DNA from: an uncultured Myxococcales bacterium | GTDB lineage: Bacteria > Myxococcota > UBA4151 | DNA length: 16,931 nucleotides | Direction: 5' to 3' | Assembly (NCBI GenBank): GCA_964013405.1 | Contig: CAXGWI010000071.1 | Span: 1 to 16,931, forward strand | Part shown: piece by piece, positions 8,352-16,800 of the stretch | Numbering within the stretch: position 1 is the stretch's first letter | How the letters are laid out: the number at the start of each line of letters is the position of its first letter | Program-made: the position numbers and the translations under genes | The notes under the pieces: model-generated | The model's input: the letters and a program-made list of their open reading frames with translations, nothing else | Told to the model about the DNA's origin: nothing | Database searches by the model: none

Positions 8352-10436
8352 ATGTCGCTACGCTCTCGAGCTACACAGGCTTCGATGGATCCCTTGCTTC
8401 TCACGCGCGTAGCGGCCTGGTCACTGCCCCTCGCCATTGTCTCGATCGCCCCACCCGTTTTGGCGAAATCACCGATGCCAAGCATCGAGACGAGCCACTC
8501 AAAGCCTCCAACCCTTCGAGGCGCTGTGAAAGAGGTGGATGAAATAACCGTCGCCCGTCTCAGGGGAGAATTCCATCTTCTCGACCCCAACGGGCGAGCC
8601 GTTCTTGCCATGGAACCCAAAATCCAAGCGATCTATCACGACGGTGAAAAGCCCATCAGGCGTCAAGCCCAAGTTCGGGATTGGCGGCATGTAAAAGATG
8701 GGACTGCCTGGCAACTCATCGGCCAACACGACAGCCCTTATGCCCATTGGCAAGTCACCTGGAGTGGCGCTCGTCAAAGCCCTGCAGTCGCTCTCAAGGT
8801 GGAGGTCACCTATCGGGCCAATGTCGCTGTGATCCATGAGTCCGTCCGCTTTCAATTGCTTCAGCAAGGTCGTGTTTCCGGATCCATCTTCGACCGCGCC
8901 TATCGTTGGCGTGCGCTACGGGGCCTCCACCGCATCGATCAGTGGACTCCCCAGCGATTTCGCTGGGGGAAGGGAGCGCGCGGGTATCTGCTGGCGGCAG
9001 AAGCTCAGTCGATGGCCGTTCGGGCTCAAGGCCGTGGTTATGAACTCCAACTTGATGTGGATGATGCTCGCAACCACCCACTCTCGATTTTTCGTCACTG
9101 TTGGTCCGCCTACGCGAAGGTCCAAGAAGGCCTCCGTCGAGATAAGAGCGCCCAATGGCGGACCCCAGGAGAACGGGTACAAGTTGGCGCGGTGGTCAGG
9201 CCTTGGACCGGGCTCCAGTTGGCGAAGCGGCGCTATCCAAAGGGCTTTCGAGCCGCCCTTGTCTTCACCGATCATGCGGATCAGTCCAGTGCCGCCCGTC
9301 TGGCAGCCCTTATGTATGGGGAGGGCCGAGACAAGGCACCGCATGCACCGAAGCAGCCAAGCCGAGGCTTTGCGACCCATGGGCTTGGCATGTCCAAATC
9401 GGTCTACGCCCGGGGCGGTGCCTTCAAACAACTCGACGGTCCCGAATACCGTGCGTTGGTCCGCCGCCTCTTAAGAGAAACACAGGGCAGAATCGAGATT
9501 GGCCCCCACTCCACCAGTGGGCGGCGGGAATCTCGGCTCTCGGCTCTGAAAGACTTACGGGATTTCCAGCGGCTAGGCGCTCGTTTTTGGATCGACCATC
9601 AGCCCTCCACCAATTGCGAGGCGATCACCAATCAGGGGGCGGACGAGAGCACCAAATATCACATCACGGATGTCCTCGGACATTATGGTTACGATTACGT
9701 CTGGAGCGGCCTCGACCGCCGCCAGAGCAAGGGAAGCTTGAACCTATTCCAGCCGAAACGTTCACGGCAGCACCAACCCATTCTCTTTCAGCACAGCCGG
9801 GTCGATGGCAAACGTCGAGGTCTTTGGCTTTTTAGTTCCGTCTGGGCCGCCCACGATTTCTCGGCCTTCTTGCGGCGCTATGGCCCGAAGCGCTTAGACG
9901 CGCTTGCGGAAGAACATGGCATCCACATCGCTCACACCTACCTGGATACCTATTTGGCAGGAGGCGCCATGAAGAATTGGACCCTACTCGATCGGGTGCC
10001 CGGTGGTTTTCGTCTTAAGGACAAAGCGGAGCGACTCTTTCGGCGCTTCGCCGCCCGTCAGTCTCGTGGCGATCTTTGGGTGGCTGGTGTCGTCGCTGTC
10101 GGCGATCACTTGATTGGGATGGCCGACGTTCGCATCGCTTCAAAGCCAGATGGGAGCTTTCTCCTGCATCACAGCGGGGATCGAAAACTATCCGGCGCCA
10201 CCTTCAGCGTGACCGCTGAGGCCGGTCACCCCCATCTGAACGACCACCCCCTTCCCCAAGCACAGATTCGGACCAGTTCCCGAGCCAATCAACGATGGTT
10301 CTGGTTCGACCTGGAGGCCGGCCAAACGGTCAGACTTCGTTTTCCTGAACCGGGAGCGGCCCTTAGACCGGCGGCAGCCCAGGGTAGTCGGTTGTTGTGG
10401 ACCGAACCTCCCACCGGTTTCCTCAGAGCCCCCTAA
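8352..10436 (+). CDS. Secreted protein with polysaccharide deacetylase-like (NodB/CE4-type barrel) domain
   Basis: 694-aa ORF with signal-like WSLPLAIVSIAPPVLA. YPKGFRAALVFTDHAD, IEIGPHS, WIDH, LGHYGYDYVW, HTY and GDLWV occur in the order expected for the deacetylase barrel. Start may be ATG 8385. Confidence 0.65.
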   Translation: MSLRSRATQASMDPLLLTRVAAWSLPLAIVSIAPPVLAKSPMPSIETSHSKPPTLRGAVKEVDEITVARLRGEFHLLDPNGRAVLAMEPKIQAIYHDGEKPIRRQAQVRDWRHVKDGTAWQLIGQHDSPYAHWQVTWSGARQSPAVALKVEVTYRANVAVIHESVRFQLLQQGRVSGSIFDRAYRWRALRGLHRIDQWTPQRFRWGKGARGYLLAAEAQSMAVRAQGRGYELQLDVDDARNHPLSIFRHCWSAYAKVQEGLRRDKSAQWRTPGERVQVGAVVRPWTGLQLAKRRYPKGFRAALVFTDHADQSSAARLAALMYGEGRDKAPHAPKQPSRGFATHGLGMSKSVYARGGAFKQLDGPEYRALVRRLLRETQGRIEIGPHSTSGRRESRLSALKDLRDFQRLGARFWIDHQPSTNCEAITNQGADESTKYHITDVLGHYGYDYVWSGLDRRQSKGSLNLFQPKRSRQHQPILFQHSRVDGKRRGLWLFSSVWAAHDFSAFLRRYGPKRLDALAEEHGIHIAHTYLDTYLAGGAMKNWTLLDRVPGGFRLKDKAERLFRRFAARQSRGDLWVAGVVAVGDHLIGMADVRIASKPDGSFLLHHSGDRKLSGATFSVTAEAGHPHLNDHPLPQAQIRTSSRANQRWFWFDLEAGQTVRLRFPEPGAALRPAAAQGSRLLWTEPPTGFLRAP

Positions 10437-10822
10437 GGTGACATCAATAAAGGCTCGTCTTCACCCCCAGAGGTCGGGAGCTCCTTCGGCGGGTTGAGAT
10501 CGGGGATCCGGGCCCGCAGGCGATCACTGAGTTCATCGAGGGGGACCACCCGACCCGTCGCGACCAGCAGGCCCGTGGGCCGACCATGTTCCCGGATCAA
10601 GCGATGATCATCATTACAGATCGCAAGGCGTTGCGTGAGTCGTGCGAAGGCCAAAAGAAAGCCGCCCTCAACGCAGGCTTGAAAGACCGCATGAGAGCAG
10701 GATGGGCGAAAAAGGCACGAGCGAGTGCTCAGCACACCTTTGCGTTTCGAAAACCAATAGAGCCGTATCAAGAGGCAGATCGGATGGAACCAGGCTCGCA
10801 GCCGACGGAGGGCCGAGAACAT
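10433..10822 (-). CDS. YidD-like (membrane protein insertion efficiency factor / haemolytic domain) protein, divergent
   Basis: LIRLYW...SCLFRPSCSHAVFQA...GG...RLAIC matches the three-Cys YidD pattern CRFxPxCSxY...RxxRC. Confidence 0.7.
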   Translation of the reverse strand: MFSALRRLRAWFHPICLLIRLYWFSKRKGVLSTRSCLFRPSCSHAVFQACVEGGFLLAFARLTQRLAICNDDHRLIREHGRPTGLLVATGRVVPLDELSDRLRARIPDLNPPKELPTSGGEDEPLLMSP

Positions 10823-10829
10823 GCCGCCT

Positions 10830-11522
10830 TTACTCCATCATTTTGTCGACGCGCTTCAGCAGTTCCTTATGCTGATCCGGAATGGGGAGTTTGTAACAGC
10901 CCATGCCTTCGAAACAGCCCTCCTTGGGGCCTTCCGGCACCTTCCACATCTCGATCATAGGCACCGTCAGGCTCGGGTGCTTCCGTTTGATGTTATAAGT
11001 CGAGGTCTCAAGAATCGCCTTTTGGATCTCGTTGAGGTCATCGAACTCAGCCGCATTACGCACGGCCCGAACGATCTCATCTTTGATCCACTCATCGAGA
11101 CGAACCGTTTGCTCGCTCCCACCTCGGAGATATTTGACCATGAGATCATTCCGAGTGTCCTGGGCCGAGGACTGGATGTCGTAATGGGTCAGCGCATGCA
11201 GCGGGATGTTCGTCGCTGAGCCCGCCTCGGTCACAATATAGCGATAGTTGGTGAGAATATCGCCTACGCCGATGCTGACGGGAAACTCGCCTTTCAAGAC
11301 TGGAAAGTCCTGCAGGACCTTGACGGCAATTTTGTCCGCATCTGAGCGCGCACAGAGCGCGTAGTACTCTTCCGGGCCCATATTTCGGTACTGCTTATAG
11401 ACGGCATATGGGGCTTGGAGCCCGGCGTGATAGGCCGGCCAGAAATCTGCCGTCGTCGCGACAAACTCGTCGATATGCTCCTGAGAAAGTTCGGAAAGAT
11501 TGAATGTTGACTCGCTCGCCAC
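10830..11522 (-). CDS. Hypothetical protein, possibly with a bacterial PH-like domain
   Basis: 230-aa ORF with GTG start and AGGAGG 6 nt upstream. ILTNYRYIV...IPLHALTHYDI resembles a bPH pattern (weak). It ends 7 nt before the YidD-like gene. Confidence 0.75.
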   Translation of the reverse strand: MASESTFNLSELSQEHIDEFVATTADFWPAYHAGLQAPYAVYKQYRNMGPEEYYALCARSDADKIAVKVLQDFPVLKGEFPVSIGVGDILTNYRYIVTEAGSATNIPLHALTHYDIQSSAQDTRNDLMVKYLRGGSEQTVRLDEWIKDEIVRAVRNAAEFDDLNEIQKAILETSTYNIKRKHPSLTVPMIEMWKVPEGPKEGCFEGMGCYKLPIPDQHKELLKRVDKMME

Positions 11523-11588
11523 TGGCGGCCTCCTATAAGGTTGCTAAACGCCCTCAGGAACCGATCGAGAGGGCTCAAGTTCTGGGGC

Positions 11589-11622
11589 AACCTATTGGAT
11601 AGACGGCGCGTCCGTCAATCCA
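11589..11622 (-). promoter_or_regulatory. Candidate sigma70-type promoter overlapped by an inverted repeat
   Basis: Minus strand TTGACG (11618-11613), 18-nt spacer, TAGGTT (11594-11589). Dyad TGGAT-a-GACGG-cgcgt-CCGTC-a-ATCCA at 11596-11622. Confidence 0.4.
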
Positions 11623-11714
11623 GCCAAGATGATAAAAATGATAACGGCTACGGGGGGGCAATTCCTGTTCGTCAACGGGGCTCTTGAGCGCCGTAAGCAC
11701 CCTCTATTCGAAGC

Positions 11715-12266
11715 CTACTTCAAAGGTGCTAGATAGTGTCTCTCTAAAGGCCAAGTTGCCGAAGCCTCCCCCGCCGTAACGAGCAACAACCCCTCATGGA
11801 GTAGTAAAGACCATTGATTCCGTCGCCCAAGACCTTGTGCTACCGCTGCGAGCCCGTCGGCATCGAGGGTATAAACTTCGATGGTTTCGGCCTCGTAGAG
11901 ATTCGCTGCCCGGAGTTTTGCGAGCCAGGCTTCCGTCGCATTATAGCTGTACACGATGACCCGAGGCGCCCGCTTCGAAGCCCGGTGGAGTCGCTCGGGC
12001 GACGGCTGCCCCACGTCGAGCCAAATGGAGAGCGCCCCCGTAAGGTCCTGGGCGAAAAGGGCTGGATCATCACCATTGGATAGGCCGCCCTTCGAGAGTT
12101 GCAGCGCGTCTCGACAGTGGAGGCTATAAGCGATCACCCGGGTGAGCATGCGGATGTCGGTCTCCGAGGGGTGTTGAGCGACCCGCAGGTTGACCTGCTC
12201 GTAAACCCCACGGTCGACATCGCTTACATCGATTTCAAAGCTGAGCAGTTGGGATGGGCGGGCCAA
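11715..12266 (-). CDS. yaeQ: YaeQ family protein
   Basis: SDVDRGVY...VAQHPSETDIRMLTRVIAY...KGGLSNGDDPALFAQDLTG...WLDVGQPSPERLHRASK. TTG start with AAGGA upstream. Confidence 0.93.
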   Translation of the reverse strand: MARPSQLLSFEIDVSDVDRGVYEQVNLRVAQHPSETDIRMLTRVIAYSLHCRDALQLSKGGLSNGDDPALFAQDLTGALSIWLDVGQPSPERLHRASKRAPRVIVYSYNATEAWLAKLRAANLYEAETIEVYTLDADGLAAVAQGLGRRNQWSLLLHEGLLLVTAGEASATWPLERHYLAPLK

Positions 12267-12314
12267 CGGCGTATCCTTTCTCTTGCAGGGCAGATGACAG
12301 CCGCCGTTACGGGC

Positions 12315-12608
12315 CTACTCGCCCTCGTCCACAAAGGCGGCCTTGAGGCGCTTCTCAATGCTCGCTTTGAGTCGAATGGGATCGACACCCACCGCTTTTG
12401 CCATCATGCCCAACTTCACCGTCACGACGACTTCAGTGGCTTCGATAACGATCGAACCGCTGACCCCCATGCCTTTGAGGTTGGCTTGGGCCTCCTGCCA
12501 TTGGGCGGTGACACCGTACTTGCCCATCATCTCTTGAAATCCGCCCATGCGCTCCTGAGCCTCCGTCAACGAGAGACTGTGAGCTTGTCGAACGACCACG
12601 TCAGCCAT
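12315..12608 (-). CDS. Polyhydroxyalkanoic acid system family protein (PHA_gran_rgn-like)
   Basis: 97 aa: MADVVVRQAHSLSLTEAQER...YGVTAQW...GVSGSI...VTVKLGMM. GGAGG RBS. Confidence 0.85.
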   Translation of the reverse strand: MADVVVRQAHSLSLTEAQERMGGFQEMMGKYGVTAQWQEAQANLKGMGVSGSIVIEATEVVVTVKLGMMAKAVGVDPIRLKASIEKRLKAAFVDEGE

Positions 12609-12659
12609 GGTGACCTCCCCGCGCCTGCGGCCTGAAGCCTGCGCTGAAGGCAGACAAAC

Positions 12660-13193
12660 CTAACTATCGAACTTAAACAAGGGGCCGAAGAGAAGTTGGG
12701 TATCGTGGATCACACCATCGTCGTCGAGGAGGTAGCGATACTGCCCGTGACCAAAGAAGTGAAGATTCGACACCACCTTAAAGGAGACCCCCGCCAGAAC
12801 CCCCATATGGGGCGTTAGCTCATCTAAGGAAGAGACCCCCGTGGTGACGCCGGCCATGACGTCCCAACGCCTAAGGGGAACGATAAACTTGAAGTTCATC
12901 GAAATATCGGTGGCGGCCATCGGCCGGCTGCCATCCTTGCGATCCAAGCGATAGACGATGGTCGAGGGCGAGATATGAAAGGTCCTGAGCAGTGGGATGT
13001 CGGTGTAGAAGCCCCAGGCGCCCGACGGTGAAAGGGCTTCCACGCTGCTTGGGACCTGAAAGCCTGCGGCGATCCCGAGGCCAACATTGTTGCGCCCGCT
13101 CAGGTAGGGCGGACGGTATTGGGCTTCGGCCGACTGGGGCCAAAGGGCGACGACTGAGGCGACCAGCAAAGAAAGACGAAGAAAAGAACCCAT
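12660..13193 (-). CDS. Small outer-membrane beta-barrel protein (about 8 strands)
   Basis: Signal peptide ending AEA-Q, alternating amphipathic strands, C-terminal GPLFKF. Confidence 0.8.
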   Translation of the reverse strand: MGSFLRLSLLVASVVALWPQSAEAQYRPPYLSGRNNVGLGIAAGFQVPSSVEALSPSGAWGFYTDIPLLRTFHISPSTIVYRLDRKDGSRPMAATDISMNFKFIVPLRRWDVMAGVTTGVSSLDELTPHMGVLAGVSFKVVSNLHFFGHGQYRYLLDDDGVIHDTQLLFGPLFKFDS

Positions 13194-13359
13194 TGCAAGG
13201 TGCTCCTGGTGCCAACAGACGTTGGTCTAACCCTTCAGATTCAACTTGGCAAAGACAGCCTATTGAAGCTTCAGAAAAAAAGTTGAGAGGGGGTCTAGGC
13301 AACCCGATGTCGTTGAGTGTAACTGGCCCCATCTGAACACCTTAATGGAGGATTATAAC

Positions 13360-13770
13360 GTGACAGAACAGGAAATGGCCGGTGCGGGTCTTCTCGCTGG
13401 ATTCGGTTTGATGATGCTCGCTATTTGGTTTGCGATCGCTTTGGTGCTCTTCGCATCGATCTGGAAGTTGTTTACCAAAGCCGGACAGCCCGGTTGGGCT
13501 GCGATCATCCCCTTCTACAATACCTATGTCATGGTGGTCCCCATCTGTGGCCTGCACATCATGTGGTTCATTTTCTTCTTTGTTCCCGTGCTCAACATGG
13601 TGGCTTCGATCTATCTTCCGTTCAAACTTGCGTCAGCCTATGGCAAGGGTGCCGGATTTGGCATTGGCCTGATTTTGCTTCCTTTCATCTTCTTGCCCTT
13701 GTTGGCCTTCGGGTCCTCGACGTGGGTTGGTGCAGGCGACGCTCAGGCAGCCCCGGCGCCCGCCGCCTAG
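13360..13770 (+). CDS. DUF5684-family membrane protein
   Basis: WKLFTKAGQPGWAAIIPFYN...LASAYGKGAGFGIGLILLPFIFLPLLAFG. GTG 13360 is preferred because GGAGGA lies 7 nt upstream; ATG 13345 is the alternative. Confidence 0.88.
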   Translation: MTEQEMAGAGLLAGFGLMMLAIWFAIALVLFASIWKLFTKAGQPGWAAIIPFYNTYVMVVPICGLHIMWFIFFFVPVLNMVASIYLPFKLASAYGKGAGFGIGLILLPFIFLPLLAFGSSTWVGAGDAQAAPAPAA

Positions 13771-13823
13771 ACAACATTCCTCACGGGCGGAACTGTCTTC
13801 CGCCTGAACGGGAAGATCAAGGG

Positions 13824-13859
13824 AATGGGACGTTGTTTGGCGTCCCATTTTCTCTTTTT
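13824..13859 (+). terminator. Intrinsic terminator after the DUF5684 gene
   Basis: Stem AATGGGACG / CGTCCCATT followed by TTCTCTTTTT. A second hairpin GGCGGAA-ctgtc-TTCCGCC lies at 13786-13804. Confidence 0.75.
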
Positions 13860-13899
13860 AGGCCTGAGAGGATGGCAGTTGGATGAACAAAGGGGTTGC

Positions 13900-16800
13900 C
13901 TAGGGCAACCAGCGATCTTCCAAGCCCACCACCCGGTTGGGCTCGGCACCGGGAGCTAGCGGTTCCAAGTTACGGCCCCAACAGGAGAGAGATCCTTCGC
14001 CGTGGAGGGCGCAGGTGGTCTGGGTGGCGCAAAAGAGCTTGCTGATTTCAGCGGGTGCGCCGGGCATCGGGCCCAGAACCCCAGGCTCGGCCTGAAGTCC
14101 CCTTTCGCCATAAGAGTTGCTGCCCCAACACCAGACTTCATTGCTTTGGGTGAGCACGCAATCGAGAGCTCCGTTGCCACAACCATCGATCACGTGGGTC
14201 GGCACCCGCAGGGGCTCAACACTGTTTTCAGCGATTGCATAACCAAAATTGATCACTCGACCATCGTTTCGCACAGCCTGGAACCGGTGCGGGCTCCCAC
14301 CCGTGAGACTGAACCGGGCGATCCCATCCAGGCCCGCAAGGGCGCTGGGTTGATCGACGCGCTGTGACCCTTCGCCTCGTTGCCAAAACAAGTTCGTACT
14401 GGTTCCCCAGCAAGAGATCTGCCCCTCGCCGTCCAAGGCGCAGGCAGCATAACCGCCCACCGCAATTTGCTGCACATCATCGAGGCCAGGGACCTGTTCG
14501 AAGTACTGAAAGTAGTCCACTGGAACGCCATTGCCGAGTTGGGCTTCAGCATTGGCGCCCGCACAGAAAACTTGGCGTTGTTCACCGCTGATCACGCAAA
14601 GGACGGGATTGGAGCCCCATCCGGTCGTCTGTGTCGTGTCAAAGTCATGTACGTAGGCCAAGGGGATGACCTGGGGTACCCGGGTCAGGCTCTCGCCCCC
14701 CAAGCCCATAAAATTGGCGTGGGTGCCCCAACAACTGAGCAGCCCTTCCCCATGGAGCCCACAGCCTGAATAATAAAGGAAGCGTAGTTTATGGACATCG
14801 TCCAAGGTCGGAACTGCGTGAATATGATCGGTGTATGGATCGAGAAAATCTGGATCGGCAAAGCGACCAAAGGTGCTATTCGACCCCCAGCAGTGTACCC
14901 TCCCCTCCCGATCAATGACGCAATTCGTCCCCGAATATGTGCTCCCTTGAAAGCTCCGAATGGGAGGGATGTTCGCCATCAAGGTCGGCTCAACGTGCAC
15001 TTTCGGCCGCCCTGCCCCTTCGAGGCCGGAGTTCCGACCGTCGCTGGAGTAGCATCGCACCACGTTGGCATCGTCCAGCTCGCATCGAAGGTGACCATGG
15101 GTGGCGCTGCGGACGGCGGAGGTGACGTGCTCGACATCAAGCACGTCGCCGTAGGGGAGCCTTAACCAGGCGCCGGTCTCGACCTGTCGTAAATAAGTCA
15201 CCTCCTGCATGGGCCAAAAGCTCGACTCGTTGCGCAGTTGACCCACCGCACCGTAGGCAGCGAGATGAACTGGCGAGAGGCAATGGCTGCTTTCCTCGCA
15301 ACCTAAATCCTCTGAAGTCACCAGGCGGTCTCCGTCCCGTGCGCGGGCGCCCCAGAGGTCCCCTGGGGAATCACCCCACCACGCCCGTTGGCCTGGTCGC
15401 GCCTCTGGGGTCCGATCACCTTCTCCCCAGCACCAGAGCTCGTCCTCGCCATTGATGGCGCAGGTGTTGTCACCAAAGGCATAGAGCGAACGCATGCCTG
15501 TCATGCCGGGGACAAGGACCGGCTCCTCCGAGTTCTCCGTGGTCCCCTGACCGAGTTGTCCATGGAGATTGTCGCCACTGCACGCAACTTCCCCTGCTTC
15601 CCCCATCAGGACGCAGCGATGGTAGTCACCCACTGCAACAGCTGTGGCTTGGGTAAAGCCTCGGGACTCCTGAGCAAGACGGTTGCTATCAATACCCCAA
15701 CAAATGAGATCCCCCCCACTGCGGGCGGCACAACAGCCATTGATGCCGCAGTCGAGGTCGATGAGGTCGGTGAGTGGTTGTCGGTCGGCGCCCAGCACAC
15801 GGGCTGGCTGGGACGAGCGAAAGAACGCCGGATCTAAGCCCAGACCAAGGGCCCCATTGGGCACGTTATTCCCCCAACATTGAACGCCGCCATCTCGGAG
15901 CAAGGCACAGAGTCGCTCCGATCCCGAGTTCACCAGTTTGGTGGCGTTGTCGATCTCGGGCAGCCGAGTCGCGCGGATGATGTCCGAGCGGTCTGCCCGT
16001 GGCTCCGCCGGAATGGGAAAGCCGAGGGCGCCATTCCGGTTCGAGCCCCAGCAGTAAACCCAGCCCCGCTCTAAGAGGGCACAGGTCCCGTATCGGTGAC
16101 TCTCCAGTTGGATGATACCAGCGCCACATCCGGCCGGACAATCATCACCATCAAGCCGGTTGCCGTCATCGCACGATTCGTTGCGATTGATCGCACCATC
16201 ACCACACATGGTTCCTTCACAGGCATTGTTGCAGGCGTTCAGATCATCGACGTCACCATCATCACAGCTTTCAAAGCCGGGTTCCCCCACCGTCAAATCG
16301 CGCCGAAGAATGCCATCGCCACATCGAGCCTCCACGCAGTTGTTTCGGCAGCCGTCATCTTCGACATCATTGCCATCGTCACATTCCTCCCGCCGGGGAT
16401 CCTCGGGAAAGCTGCCCTCAAAAATGACGCCATCGCCACAGTCCGATCGTTCGCAACTGTTTGAGCAGCCATCCCCATCGTCGATGAGGTTACCATCATC
16501 GCAGGCTTCGAAACCCTCTTCGCCACGAACTCGGTCCAGGCGCATCACCCCATCACCACAGCGAGCGATCTGGCAATTGTTTAAGCAATCATCCGTTTGG
16601 ACGTCATTGCCGTCATCGCAGGCTTCCTCCAGCAGCCAGTGGAGCCCGTCACCACACACATTCAGTTGGCAGGATGCAGTGCAGCTGTTGTCATCTCTTC
16701 GGTCGCCATCATCGCAAGCTTCATAGCCCGGCTCCCCCTCGCTGCGGTCCTCCCGTCGCATGCCGTCGCCACAATAGCTGAGCTCGCAGTTCGTGGTGCA

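Noticed and set aside
13192..13275. Possible sigma54 site (TTGGCAC...TTGC) and 10-bp palindrome TGAAGCTTCA
   Set aside because: The GG-to-GC spacing does not fit -24/-12, and a single 10-bp palindrome is expected by chance.
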